From Promethearchaeota archaeon Loki_b32 (GTDB lineage: Archaea; Asgardarchaeota; Lokiarchaeia; Sigyniarchaeales; SOKP01), in contig NJBH01000001.1 in NCBI GenBank assembly GCA_005223125.1, positions 64,001-128,000 of the forward strand: a stretch of DNA of 64,000 bases, in the 5' to 3' direction. Both the position numbers and the translations under genes were made by a program. The notes under the pieces were generated by a model. That model had not been told where the DNA came from. It searched no databases and saw nothing but the letters and a program-made list of their open reading frames with translations. This document shows positions 10,942 to 21,404 of this stretch, piece after piece (position 1 is the stretch's first letter; the number at the start of each line of letters is the position of its first letter).

Positions 10942-11751
10942 GTGTGGATCAAAACGAACATCATATTATCATATTTTCATACTAGAATAGGGACAGACAT
11001 ATTCTATACGTTTCCAGGAACTCAAGTAGATAACGAAATATCAGATAGATTATATGATGTTATGACTCAGCAGAAAGATGAAGAATTTTTCTCACATGCC
11101 GTTGGAAATTTAAAGCTATTAAATTATTACTTTCAAATTCGTTCAGATTGGGCACGTGGTAGTAGAGAGATGCTAATGCTCTCGATAATGTTTAAGCAAC
11201 AAATTTCTCCAGAGATTGAAAGCAGTATCTCATTATTATGTAAAAAATTTGGAGAAAGGATGCGATCAAATGAAGATATTTTTACTGGGTTCCATTTAAA
11301 GGAATTAAACAATTACAATGAAGATAATAAAGAGCGTATAAGAACAAGCGAAGGATTAATCAAGGAATGGGTAAAGGATTTATATTGGGAAATTTTAGAA
11401 GAAACTAGAAAAAAATCAGAAGAAGAGAAAATAACTGTGTTATTAAACGACCGATATATATTTGAATCTTTAGAAAAAATGTCAGGAGAATTGAAAAATA
11501 TCAATAGAGAGATAAATTCCAGTAAGGATTCCTTGAAAACAAATCTAAATATTAGTAATTCAATTTCAAGTTTAAATAAAATTATTGATGATTTATATGG
11601 TGGCTACATAGAAAAAATGACAGAGCTTGACATTGAGAATGAAAATGGCTTATTTTCCACTGAAGAAGATGAAGATCCTGACATTAAAAAGAGTAAAAAA
11701 GAAAAGCTACTTCAACTTTTAGAAGATGAGATCTCGGGAAAAAAAGAATAG
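10942..11751 (+). CDS. Longin/uDENN-like domain protein with coiled-coil tail
   Basis: N-terminal IILSYFHTRIGTDIFY strand pattern typical of Asgard longin-like domains; the start codon is uncertain. Confidence 0.55.
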   Translation: MWIKTNIILSYFHTRIGTDIFYTFPGTQVDNEISDRLYDVMTQQKDEEFFSHAVGNLKLLNYYFQIRSDWARGSREMLMLSIMFKQQISPEIESSISLLCKKFGERMRSNEDIFTGFHLKELNNYNEDNKERIRTSEGLIKEWVKDLYWEILEETRKKSEEEKITVLLNDRYIFESLEKMSGELKNINREINSSKDSLKTNLNISNSISSLNKIIDDLYGGYIEKMTELDIENENGLFSTEEDEDPDIKKSKKEKLLQLLEDEISGKKE

Positions 11752-11899
11752 ACTTATTTTAGAATTTATTAAGAATGGTTTATTAGCTCAAAAGTTTCAG
11801 TAAAGAATTCGTCGGAATAGTCTTTTTAAAAAAAAATTTATTAACTATAACATTTTATAATTTAAGTTTATAGGAAATAATGGGGAATAGTGATATCTT

Positions 11900-12199
11900 A
11901 TTTCTAAGCCAGTTATACATGTTTTATTAAAAGCTGAAGACGACACCTCATGTGCTAAATGTTGCAAAACAAGAAATATTATTGAGCGGATATTCGTATC
12001 AATACCAGAATTTAGTCAAAAAATTGAAGTAAGTTATGAAGATGTTTACTCCGCTGATAATATAAAAAAATTTGGAGATTTAACACCACCAGTAATCATC
12101 ATTGAAGATCGTATTTTAACTGAAGGACACGTTCCAATTATGAAAAAGCTCGCTCGAGATTTATATAATTTAATTGAGCTAAATAAATCAAGGGCATAA
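11900..12199 (+). CDS. Small thioredoxin-like protein (Thioredoxin_3/MTH895-like), probable ATT start; not in ORF track
   Basis: Manual translation ISKPVIHVLLKAEDDTSCAKCCKTRNII...TPPVIIIEDRILTEGHVP...KSRA*. CxxC and cis-Pro motifs are present. In-frame TGA at 11891 and no ATG/GTG/TTG before the CxxC. Confidence 0.7.
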   Translation: MSKPVIHVLLKAEDDTSCAKCCKTRNIIERIFVSIPEFSQKIEVSYEDVYSADNIKKFGDLTPPVIIIEDRILTEGHVPIMKKLARDLYNLIELNKSRA

Positions 12200-12455
12200 A
12201 GATTTTATAAAATCTGAATCTCCCTTTCCAAAAATCTTTATAGTATAATTATAGGTATAGTAATATCTTTCCCTTAAATATAAAGATATATGAGAACCTT
12301 AAAGATTTAAGTACAAATATGGTATAAGAAATGTTGAGGTTTAATTTATGAGAAATAATACCTAATTAAATATTTCCAGTTATGTTTTATGAAAATAAGC
12401 AAATTTTATTTTATTTAGAAAAAAAGTTATAACCAAAAATGAGATGATGTTTAAT

Positions 12456-12611
12456 ATGGAATGTTTAAATTGTGGTGCAGAACTCAACAGTGATATTCAA
12501 AATTTTTGCGAGTTTTGTGGAAATAAATTAAATACAAAAGTTCAATCCGATAATAAATCCACAACTCAAGTTGAAAAAGTAGAATTTTCACGACGAAAAC
12601 GATGCTGTTAA
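12456..12611 (+). CDS. 51-aa zinc-ribbon protein ending RRKRCC; not in ORF track
   Basis: MECLNCGAELNSDIQNFCEFCGNKL...EFSRRKRCC*; alternative ATG at 12444. Confidence 0.75.
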   Translation: MECLNCGAELNSDIQNFCEFCGNKLNTKVQSDNKSTTQVEKVEFSRRKRCC

Positions 12612-12760
12612 TTATTCTCGAATATTTTCTTACAAATATTTGAGAAAATTAGAATGAAAAATTAAAAAAATAGTTAAAAAAATTATTTTATAGATTCTAA
12701 TAAAGCGAGAAATATTTGTTTGGAGGCATCGGGTAGATCTTCAATTTTGGAGTTTATTCT

Positions 12761-13018
12761 TTACACTCCTGTTTTTCTCTGTATTAAGTATAAGATTATT
12801 CCTATAATTCCTAAAATACCACAGAGGATAAGGAATGGAATAAATAAAATACCCAACACACCTGTTATTATATCTCTTTCTCCTGAAAATGTTGAAATTG
12901 CATTTTCGAGTATGTATTGAATTAAATCTTGAAAGAAAACAAACCAAATAGTATATACAACAATAACCAAGGCTATAATAAGGATTCCAAATTTGCCTAT
13001 TCTTATTTTACTAGTCAT
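12761..13018 (-). CDS. Small 2-TM membrane protein
   Basis: Two hydrophobic helices; directly follows the acyl-CoA ligase gene. Confidence 0.65.
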   Translation of the reverse strand: MTSKIRIGKFGILIIALVIVVYTIWFVFFQDLIQYILENAISTFSGERDIITGVLGILFIPFLILCGILGIIGIILYLIQRKTGV

Positions 13019-13058
13019 TTTCCATCAATCTATTATTTTTAATTTAAGCTGCTTGGAT

Positions 13059-14699
13059 TTATTCAATTCCAAGTTTGTTTTTTTCTTGTTGTACTAATTC
13101 TCGCCGTAATATTTTACCCGAACCTGATTTTGGAATATTGTCAACAAATTCGACCTCGCGTATTTTCTTGTAAGCAGAAATCTTTTCAGCAACCCATTTC
13201 ATAATCTCATCCTCAGTCACCTTGCCTTTAGACTCAGGATTTAAAATTATAAAGGCTTTCGGAATTTCACCAACATCTAATTCTTTAGACGGCTTCCCAA
13301 TGACAGCTACATCAAATACATGTGGGTTTTTGAAAAGTAAATCCTCAAGTTCAGCGGGTGCGATGCTCCAACCCTTATATTTTATCATTTCTTTGATGCG
13401 GTCTAAAAGATGCTGGTACTCATCTTCATCGATATATGCCATATCACCAGTTCTCAGCCATTTTTCACCAGTTTTTGGGTCAATCCAGAATGCGTCCCTA
13501 GTAGCTTCAGGTTTTTTCCAATAACCTTTCATAACCTGAGGTCCTTTAATAACCAGTTCACCGACCTGCCCGCGTTCAGGTAACTCTTCACCAGTCTCTA
13601 AATCAATAATTTTATGAAAAGTATCTGGAATTAAGGTACCTTGAGATTCCATTTTAGGGCGATACATTGGATTTACAGCAACAACCGGAGAAGCCTCAGT
13701 CAAACCCCAACCATGTTGGATGATTATTTCTTTAGCATCGCATTTTTCTTTTGCCAGTTTATCAAACCTTTCAAGAAGCTCGAGAGGGATTGGAGCTGCA
13801 CCATTGTTAAAGATTTTTAAGTTTGTCCAATCGTATCCTTTTATATTTGGATCTTCAAGGTGTCTAACTACAGCGAGAAATATCGGAGGTACACATAGAC
13901 TATATGTTACTTGATATTTTTCTATGAGTTCACAGAATTCCTTAACCTCGAATCTCGGGGTCACTACCTGTGCTGCACCTAACCATAATGTTTGGTTCAT
14001 ACACACATTTAATCCATATATATGGTAAAGAGGAAGTACCGTCATAGCGATATCTAATTCACTTAACTCGAAAATCTGGGATATTTGGATAACATTTGAT
14101 ACTATATTATAATGTGTGAGCATAGTTCCTTTTGGTAATCCAGTAGTTCCACTCGTATATACTAACGCAGCAAGATCTTCTTTTGGGTCGAAATTGTATT
14201 CTGGAGGATCTGGTTTTGTATTTGCTATTAGTTCTGACCATCCAAGTGTTCCCTCTGGCTTCTCTCCTGATCCTATTACTATAATATTTTTAATATTTGT
14301 TTTATCCTTAACTGCTGCTACATTTGGATATTCAGGTTGGGAAACGATGATTGTTTCTGCTCCAGAATCATTTGCTTCATATTCTACTTCAGTTTCTTTG
14401 AATAATGGATTCATAGGTACCAAAATAGCGCCTGCTCTTTCTAATCCCAAGAAGGAAATTTCCCATTGGATTGAATTTGGTCCATATAAAGCGACTCTAT
14501 CTCCTTTTTTCACTCCTAAGTTTTTTAATGCCGTAGCGAATATGTCTACTTGATTTCTAAATTGTTTGTATGTCATATTTTTAGGATATAGGAAAGCTGG
14601 TCTATCTGGAAACCTTTTAGCTGTTTCTTCTAAAACCTTATGAATAGGGATTTCGGGATAATAAAGATGACCCCTTTTGTATTTAACCACTAATTTCAC
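13059..14699 (-). CDS. Long-chain fatty acid--CoA ligase (AMP-binding family)
   Basis: YTSGTTGLPKG, GWGLTEASP, LRTGD and PKSGSGKILRR motifs. Confidence 0.92.
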   Translation of the reverse strand: MKLVVKYKRGHLYYPEIPIHKVLEETAKRFPDRPAFLYPKNMTYKQFRNQVDIFATALKNLGVKKGDRVALYGPNSIQWEISFLGLERAGAILVPMNPLFKETEVEYEANDSGAETIIVSQPEYPNVAAVKDKTNIKNIIVIGSGEKPEGTLGWSELIANTKPDPPEYNFDPKEDLAALVYTSGTTGLPKGTMLTHYNIVSNVIQISQIFELSELDIAMTVLPLYHIYGLNVCMNQTLWLGAAQVVTPRFEVKEFCELIEKYQVTYSLCVPPIFLAVVRHLEDPNIKGYDWTNLKIFNNGAAPIPLELLERFDKLAKEKCDAKEIIIQHGWGLTEASPVVAVNPMYRPKMESQGTLIPDTFHKIIDLETGEELPERGQVGELVIKGPQVMKGYWKKPEATRDAFWIDPKTGEKWLRTGDMAYIDEDEYQHLLDRIKEMIKYKGWSIAPAELEDLLFKNPHVFDVAVIGKPSKELDVGEIPKAFIILNPESKGKVTEDEIMKWVAEKISAYKKIREVEFVDNIPKSGSGKILRRELVQQEKNKLGIE

Positions 14700-14818
14700 C
14701 TATTTAATAACTAATTTAAACTATACGTGATATGTCTATTAATAATTATTTGTCAATAAATATTAAATATTTCATGGTAGTAATAAGATTCATAATAAAT
14801 TACCAATAAAGTTCTAAA

Positions 14819-16768
14819 ATGGAAGAAAATTTTGATATTATTGTAGTTGGTGCTGGTTTTGGGGGTCCTGTTGCTGCAAAAATATGTGCAGAAGCAGGTT
14901 TAAAAACTTTAATAATTGAAAGATCTGAGAATGTTGGGGATAAAGTAATTTCTGGATTAACAATTCCATTTTATGGATTTTTATTTGGTCCAGAGTTTAT
15001 TAGAGATGGTAACCCACCATTTGAACGCCCTGCTGATGGTATAATTAATTATATTATTAGAGATATTGAGAAAGGAGTTATTGATATTGATGATTCTTTA
15101 AGAGTTCCAAAACCCTTCTCTCCTATTATTGCTTTTGGATATAATACATATTGTAAACCTTTTTGTGAATGGGAAGTAAGGAAAGCGGTTGATGCAGGTG
15201 CTATATTGAAGACATCCACTACTGTCATAGATGTTATAAAGAAGAATGACTATATTTCAGGAGTAATTACAGATAAAGGAGAGCGAATACGGAGTAAAAT
15301 CATCATTGATGCTGAAGGTTCAAAAGGATTATTGGCAATAAAGGCAGGTATAAGAGAAAGATATCCTCCTGAAACCATATCTTTGGCTGACACATACGAT
15401 TATGTTATGGCAAAAGAAGATATTGATAAAATTTTTGGTTATTCTGTAAAAATGTGTTGGGGGTGGGATGAGCAACGGATAGCACCTCCACTTGGGTATG
15501 GAAACGGTTTAATGGTATGGCCTTATCGAAATAGTCTTCATTTTATGCAAGATCAATGTTTAAGAATAGATAAAGAACATATTCCCAATTTAAATAAACT
15601 CTTTAAAGAGTATCATAGTAATATTACTCAAAAATTACCTTGGTGGCAAAATTTAGTGGAACCTCGTGCTAAATTAAGAGCAAGAATGTGGGATGGTTTT
15701 GAAATTTATGTTGGTTTGGATAAGAAAATGCGTAATATGCCTAATCATACAAATGGAATGATATTAATAGGAGATGCAGCAGGACTTGAAAGCACAGAAT
15801 TGTGTGATGGAGTGCCTGCAGCTTGGTTTTCAGCAGAAATAGCTGCTAATGTAGCAATTGAAGCAATAAAAGTCAATAATATTTCAAAATCTTTCTTGAA
15901 AAAATATGATATCAAAATAAAAGCACATCCAATAATTCAATGGTCAATTTCGGGAAAAAATAGATTTAATTTACGATATGCTCAAAAAGAGCACAATTTA
16001 AAGAAGCTAAAAAAAAGTATTCATAATGGGTGGGGTTTAGGATCGTTAACTCATTTTACAACCCCCCTTTTGAAAGCTTTGCTTTCCTATGTGAATAAAG
16101 ATCCGACAATTATAACAAAGTGGATAAAAATGTTTTTCAGATATTATCAGAATTGGATTTATGAGTATTATGATTACTCTAAGAAACGAAAATTAGGAAA
16201 AGTATCATCTAAAAGACTTAAAAAGTTGGAAATAAAATTCACACGATATATGAAATTAATAGATTCTCTTTTAATATCCTTAAGAAAAAGACGTAAATTA
16301 CTCTCTGTTATAATAATTCCTTTTTCAAATTCTTTAAATACGTTATTAAAAAAAATTTTACCAATATTTGAACCTATTTATTCATTTACTTTAAAATTAG
16401 TAAACCCAATTTCAAATCAATTATGTAATAGAATATTAAAATTTGTTGAATATGCTAATCCTTCTATTTTTCGTGTAAGAATAGAAAGGAGTGAATTAAT
16501 GGTAAAAACTTTTAAGGATTTTCCTGGTGTAGAGTGGGTTGAAGGAACAGGGGACTTCATAAAAATTAATGACGCTAAATGTATAGGATGTATGAATTGT
16601 GTGAACGTATGTTTAGCAGGTTGTTTTGAAATTGTAGATAAAAAAGCGCGAGTTAAAGATTTAGAAAAATGTATGGAGTGTGCATCCTGTTGGTATGTAT
16701 GTAAAGAGGACGCTATAATTTTCTCTTGGCCTTTAGGAGGTACTGGATATAAGAGTGATTGGGGTTAA
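14819..16768 (+). CDS. FAD-dependent oxidoreductase (geranylgeranyl reductase/FixC-like) fused to a C-terminal 2x[4Fe-4S] ferredoxin
   Basis: VVGAGFGG and IGDAAG motifs; C-terminal CIGCMNCVNVC and CMECASCWYVC. Confidence 0.85.
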   Translation: MEENFDIIVVGAGFGGPVAAKICAEAGLKTLIIERSENVGDKVISGLTIPFYGFLFGPEFIRDGNPPFERPADGIINYIIRDIEKGVIDIDDSLRVPKPFSPIIAFGYNTYCKPFCEWEVRKAVDAGAILKTSTTVIDVIKKNDYISGVITDKGERIRSKIIIDAEGSKGLLAIKAGIRERYPPETISLADTYDYVMAKEDIDKIFGYSVKMCWGWDEQRIAPPLGYGNGLMVWPYRNSLHFMQDQCLRIDKEHIPNLNKLFKEYHSNITQKLPWWQNLVEPRAKLRARMWDGFEIYVGLDKKMRNMPNHTNGMILIGDAAGLESTELCDGVPAAWFSAEIAANVAIEAIKVNNISKSFLKKYDIKIKAHPIIQWSISGKNRFNLRYAQKEHNLKKLKKSIHNGWGLGSLTHFTTPLLKALLSYVNKDPTIITKWIKMFFRYYQNWIYEYYDYSKKRKLGKVSSKRLKKLEIKFTRYMKLIDSLLISLRKRRKLLSVIIIPFSNSLNTLLKKILPIFEPIYSFTLKLVNPISNQLCNRILKFVEYANPSIFRVRIERSELMVKTFKDFPGVEWVEGTGDFIKINDAKCIGCMNCVNVCLAGCFEIVDKKARVKDLEKCMECASCWYVCKEDAIIFSWPLGGTGYKSDWG

Positions 16769-16886
16769 GATTATAAACTTATTATAAGTATCATTGTTAA
16801 TGCTAGTTGATGGTATTAATGAAACAGCTATATACGTGGGTGTTGTAGGCAAAAAGGTTTAAAAGAAAAAATAAAAAAAAAAAGAA

Positions 16887-17432
16887 TTAACTGGTTGTAA
16901 TAAAGCCGAAAACAACAAATATCAGTACACCCATAATAAGGCACATTATCCCGTAAATATAATAAGCTCTGAGATATTTATCACTTAAAAACATTAGATC
17001 CGTCATATACCAACTCACACATCCACCAATGCCCCATATAGTTATATCAGTAATTACATTTGCAGCACTATCAAACTCGACTTTAATATCTACCATATAA
17101 AGGAGTGTATTTTCAATAACTTCCCAAAGAACTGCGACAATAACTACAATCATCCAGTAAAGAACAAAACTTTTAAATTCTGGATCGTTGATTGGATCTT
17201 TAGGAACACCCGTTAAATTCTTTATTATCCAACCAAATGTGAATACAAAAACAAAGAGTGCTACACCGCAAAGGAAATGTCCTATTGACCAATAATCAAA
17301 GGATGCAATTGAAATATCTGGTGTATCTAATGCGACTACTGGAATGTCAAATACAGCAGCAACAATTGGAGTTATAATTACTATTATTAGCAATCCCAAC
17401 ATCATTAAGAGAGGGATATATCTTTTTTCCAT
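16887..17432 (-). CDS. Membrane protein (DxWSxGH...WExxE family, DUF2585-like)
   Basis: FDYWSIGHF and LWEVIEN motifs, about 5 TM helices; AGGTGA RBS. Confidence 0.65.
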   Translation of the reverse strand: MEKRYIPLLMMLGLLIIVIITPIVAAVFDIPVVALDTPDISIASFDYWSIGHFLCGVALFVFVFTFGWIIKNLTGVPKDPINDPEFKSFVLYWMIVVIVAVLWEVIENTLLYMVDIKVEFDSAANVITDITIWGIGGCVSWYMTDLMFLSDKYLRAYYIYGIMCLIMGVLIFVVFGFITTS

Positions 17433-17630
17433 AACTTAAATCACCTAATTATTTCATTTTGATTTGAATTTCATTTATGGTAACATCGAATAAGACGCCC
17501 TTAAATTTATAGCTTAACTTTTTCAATAATTTTGAAAATTTTGAGATAATTGTAATGATAAATGATCCATAAATGCAAGCTTTTTTTATGAATTTGTAAA
17601 ATTCCAACATAAAACTATTGGAAATTTTTA

Positions 17631-18107
17631 TTAGAGATTGGTTAAACTATTTTTTCTTTTTTCTACATATTGCTGGTGATACTCCTCAGCTTGCCAAAAA
17701 TCTGATGCTGAGACAATTTGAGTAACAATCGGGTTTTTAAATCGCTTAGATGCCTCAAGTTTGGCCTTAAAACTCTCAGCTTTTTCCCTTTGCGCCTCAT
17801 TAAGATAAAAAATCGCTGATCGATACTGATCGCCAATATCAGGACCTTGGCGATTCAGAGTTGTAGGATCATGAATCGACCAGAAGATTTCGAGAAGATC
17901 ATCATATGATACTTTAGATGGATCAAATGTTACTTCTACAGCTTCAGCATGACCAGTCTTATGAGAACATACTTTCTTATAGGTGGGATTAGAAAAGGGG
18001 CCTCCTGTATATCCCACACGAGTAGATACAACACCCTCTTTTTTCCTAAAATTTGCTTCTACACCCCAGAAACAGCCTGCTGCAAAAATAGCTCTTTGAG
18101 TTCCCAT
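17631..18107 (-). CDS. msrA: Peptide-methionine (S)-S-oxide reductase
   Basis: AAGCFWG, TGHAE, RQGPDIGDQYRS and AEEYHQQY motifs. Confidence 0.97.
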   Translation of the reverse strand: MGTQRAIFAAGCFWGVEANFRKKEGVVSTRVGYTGGPFSNPTYKKVCSHKTGHAEAVEVTFDPSKVSYDDLLEIFWSIHDPTTLNRQGPDIGDQYRSAIFYLNEAQREKAESFKAKLEASKRFKNPIVTQIVSASDFWQAEEYHQQYVEKRKNSLTNL

Positions 18108-18259
18108 AATTTTAAATTAGTAATTTTGAAAGTTAAACCTAAGGGTAATTTTGTATAAATTAAGTATGAAGATCTGGTTTTTTTTATAAGAGAGTAGAAT
18201 CAAGGCGTTTAAAGTTTATAATACAAGAATTATAATAACAGTAATTCCTTGTCAAATTT

Positions 18260-18658
18260 ATGGAGTCTAAAACGTCTGAAGATAAATGGAAAAAGAAACT
18301 AACAAAAGAACAATACCGTGTTCTCCGTAAAAAGGGAACTGAACCCGCATTTACAGGAAAATATTGGGATTATCATGAAAAAGGTATATACAAATGTGCT
18401 GGTTGTGGTACACATTTATTCTCTTCGGAGAAAAAATTTGATTCTGGATCTGGGTGGCCTAGTTTTGATCAACCCATTGATGAGGTTAATGTAGAAGAAA
18501 AATTAGATACAAATTATGGAATGAAAAGAACTGAAGTCCTTTGTAACAAATGCGGAGGCCATTTGGGACATCTTTTTAATGATGGCCCAAAAACAACAGG
18601 GTGTCGATATTGTATTAATTCGATTTCCTTAGATTTTCAGCCTGATGCTAAGCATTAA
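18260..18658 (+). CDS. msrB: Peptide-methionine (R)-S-oxide reductase
   Basis: GTEPAF, GSGWPSF, HLGHLF and RYCINS motifs; two Zn-binding CxxC pairs. Confidence 0.97.
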   Translation: MESKTSEDKWKKKLTKEQYRVLRKKGTEPAFTGKYWDYHEKGIYKCAGCGTHLFSSEKKFDSGSGWPSFDQPIDEVNVEEKLDTNYGMKRTEVLCNKCGGHLGHLFNDGPKTTGCRYCINSISLDFQPDAKH

Positions 18659-19988
18659 TTTTAGTAATATCATGAATTATGAGTTGAATTAAAATTTCAT
18701 TATGTAATCTCACAAGACTGCTTGAGATTTTAACCGATATTAAACTTCCATCTTTATTATAACATTGAATTTCAATAGGTTCTAATTTTTGACCTTTTGC
18801 AAGTTTCTCGTATGCATCTTCTAGTTTAGAAAGTGATTTCGTAGGGAAAGCAATAAGCTCGAGCAGATTTTTTCCAATAAACTCATACCTTTCATATTTA
18901 AATAACTTTACAGTCGCAGAATTGCATTCTATTATACTGCCTTTAAAGTTCAATAAAATAACAGAATATGGCGAGGTTTCAAGTAAATGATAAAACTTTT
19001 CCTTTAATTCTTTTATTTTTAGTATATCTTCTTGAATTCTTTCTTTTAGGTCGTTACTTAAATCTTCGCATTTGACTTTCGAGGCTAATAATTTTTCTTC
19101 TAATTTTTTACGTTCAGTGATATTTCTAATAACACCGATAAATTTAATAGCTCCTTGCTCTTTATAGACACCTCCTCTTGTAGCCACGGGAATATAGTAG
19201 CCATCTTTATGGCATGCTCTATACTCAGCATAAATAATTTCTTCTTTTATAATTGCTTCTTTCATTTTTGTTCTTACCAAAGGTAAATCTTCTGGATGTA
19301 TAAAATCAAATGCATTTAATCCAATTAGCTCTTTAGAATGATACCCAAGAATACCATATGATTGAGGGGATAAAAAAGTAAAAATTCCATCTGAATTGAT
19401 TTCAACAGTAACATCTAATATATTATTAATTACTTTTTCAAAAATCTCATAGGATTTCTTTATTTCATCAATGTATTCTTTTTTCCTACCAAGATCACTC
19501 TGTTTATCTATTGGTTTGAAAATTTTATAATGAATTTTGAAATTTTTTAATAGTTCTTCTACAACACTAAGTTTTGCTAAATCATTAGGAGAAATCTCAA
19601 TTAATGGAGTAGGTTCAGGAATTTCAATTATGGTGAAAAGGATTGCTAATCTATCATTATAATAAAAAATTTTCGAAAAGACTTCAATCCATTTGAATTC
19701 ACCTGATCTTAATAATATTCGACATTTATACCTTGTTGTGTTGTTTTTCTTCTCTTTTAACTTACTCTCAATTTGTTTTTTAACTTTAGATAAATCATCG
19801 GGATGGATTACTCTCATCCAGAAATCTTTTTCTTGAATTTCGTCAAAAGAATATCCGAAGAGTTTCAAAATTGTGTTATTCACATATATAATTCTATCAT
19901 CTTGAAGTACTCCGATTCCCAATAACGAATTTTCAATAAACTCTTTCTCAGAAAAAATATTTTTACATATATCTTGATAATTAATCAT
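18648..19988 (-). CDS. Multi-PAS domain sensor protein (3 PAS, no output domain)
   Basis: IHPDD/IHPED PAS motifs, PAC ends RNITERK and HDIT; no H-box. Confidence 0.85.
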   Translation of the reverse strand: MINYQDICKNIFSEKEFIENSLLGIGVLQDDRIIYVNNTILKLFGYSFDEIQEKDFWMRVIHPDDLSKVKKQIESKLKEKKNNTTRYKCRILLRSGEFKWIEVFSKIFYYNDRLAILFTIIEIPEPTPLIEISPNDLAKLSVVEELLKNFKIHYKIFKPIDKQSDLGRKKEYIDEIKKSYEIFEKVINNILDVTVEINSDGIFTFLSPQSYGILGYHSKELIGLNAFDFIHPEDLPLVRTKMKEAIIKEEIIYAEYRACHKDGYYIPVATRGGVYKEQGAIKFIGVIRNITERKKLEEKLLASKVKCEDLSNDLKERIQEDILKIKELKEKFYHLLETSPYSVILLNFKGSIIECNSATVKLFKYERYEFIGKNLLELIAFPTKSLSKLEDAYEKLAKGQKLEPIEIQCYNKDGSLISVKISSSLVRLHNEILIQLIIHDITKINA

Positions 19989-20233
19989 TATTTTCTTTCA
20001 CAATATTAGAAACATTTTGTTTAAAATAGGATCAAATTCAAGGTATAAAACAAAATCATTCTATAATATTAATTATTTTAAGATTATAAAAAGACTTAAA
20101 GATTTTTTTTATTTTGTCTCAATTAGAACGTAATAATTATTATAGGGATCATTCCAAATAAGTAAATCGTTGTTAAAAAAAAAGTTATTTTCTCATGTAC
20201 CATACGCTATGAGAATAATGAAACACTAGGAAA

Positions 20234-20410
20234 CTATACTAAACCTTTAAGAGATCTTTTTATAAACAATTTTACTAATTTTTTACTGAGGTATCCAGTT
20301 GTAAAAATATCCGCGAATTCTAATAGGTCAAGATATAATCTGAGTTTAATGAGTTCTTTTGTGTTTGATTGGTTAGATGATATCTTCGAGTAAATAGGCT
20401 CTAATAACAT
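20234..20410 (-). CDS. Possible 58-aa hypothetical protein
   Basis: Manual ORF MLLEPIYSK...RSLKGLV*; no recognisable motif. Confidence 0.3.
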   Translation of the reverse strand: MLLEPIYSKISSNQSNTKELIKLRLYLDLLEFADIFTTGYLSKKLVKLFIKRSLKGLV

Positions 20411-20523
20411 AATCTAAATTTTTTTTTATTATTTTTAATTTATGATATGGGAAAAATTATACCTTATACTTTAAATAGAATTTTGATCTAAATTTTCTAT
20501 CATCGCTTTATTTTTTAGATTTC

Positions 20524-20554
20524 TAAAAATGTGGAATTTATTTCCACATTTTTA
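20524..20554. promoter_or_regulatory. 13-bp perfect inverted repeat TAAAAATGTGGAA-N5-TTCCACATTTTTA
   Basis: Directly visible in intergenic DNA; could be an operator or a hairpin. Confidence 0.5.
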
Positions 20555-20612
20555 TTAATCACAATTTTTTACTTTAGCTCAGACAATCTAATAAATAAAA
20601 AAGCGATATTAA

Positions 20613-20852
20613 GTTAAGAACTTCTATTATGATAAGGCTATATCTGCATCTACTTATGTTTTTAGAACTTTAATGCAATTAATGGATACATCAAAATTTC
20701 TTTTTGGCAGTGATTATCCTTTTATTCATGAAATCGTAATAAAAGAAATTACTTAAGGGATTGGTAATTACAATGGACTCAATAATGAAGAGTATATTGC
20801 AATTGAACAAAAAAACGCTCTCTCACTTTTTCCTCGATTAAAAAATAATTAG
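20613..20852 (+). pseudogene. C-terminal remnant of an amidohydrolase_2 (ACMSD/decarboxylase-like) gene
   Basis: KNFYYD...FLFGSDYPF...*...NALSLFPRL; no 5' part, internal TAA at 20754-20756. Confidence 0.7.
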
Positions 20853-20927
20853 GTAAAATTAAAATTTTTTAATACTAAAAGTTTATTACATTACAATAGT
20901 AGAAAAATTAAAGCTCCAAATACTAAA

Positions 20928-21323
20928 ATGTCAGATGAAGAACTTCGGGATCAAATTAATAAAATAGCAGTTGAGATTGAGAAAATTGAACAAACTGCAA
21001 AACAAAAGGAAACTTATGTTAAAAATAGAATTAGTGAAGAATTTGATGCAAAAATTAGTGAAATCGAAACAGAATTGCAGAAAGAACAAGCGATACTCGA
21101 TGAAATTGTTAAAAGTATCAATGAATTAGCAATAAATAAGAAGGAAATGATTCCTGTCGTAAAAAATTTAGAACAAAAATATAAAAATTTGAAAAAAGAT
21201 AAAGAAAAAGCCTTAAATGAGCAATTAAAGTCAATTATTAAGGAAAAGAAAGTTAAATCGAAAATAATTGACCAAAAAATAAAACTGCTAGAAAAGAAAT
21301 TAAAAGCAACAGAGAAGAAATAA
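20928..21323 (+). CDS. Coiled-coil hypothetical protein (paralog of 26829-27164)
   Basis: K/E-rich heptad pattern. Confidence 0.75.
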   Translation: MSDEELRDQINKIAVEIEKIEQTAKQKETYVKNRISEEFDAKISEIETELQKEQAILDEIVKSINELAINKKEMIPVVKNLEQKYKNLKKDKEKALNEQLKSIIKEKKVKSKIIDQKIKLLEKKLKATEKK

Positions 21324-21404
21324 TTTTTCAATTAAAGATTTCTACCAAAAATGGAGATAATTATTTAAATAAAGTTTGATTCATATTGTTATTCTATTTT
21401 AGAG

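Noticed and set aside
13222-14553. Antisense and alternate-frame ORFs in the ORF track (e.g. 13222, 13720, 14116; also 21014, 27801, 28008, 34617, 44397, 62288, 63038)
   Set aside because: They are shadow ORFs overlapping well-supported genes and carry no motifs.
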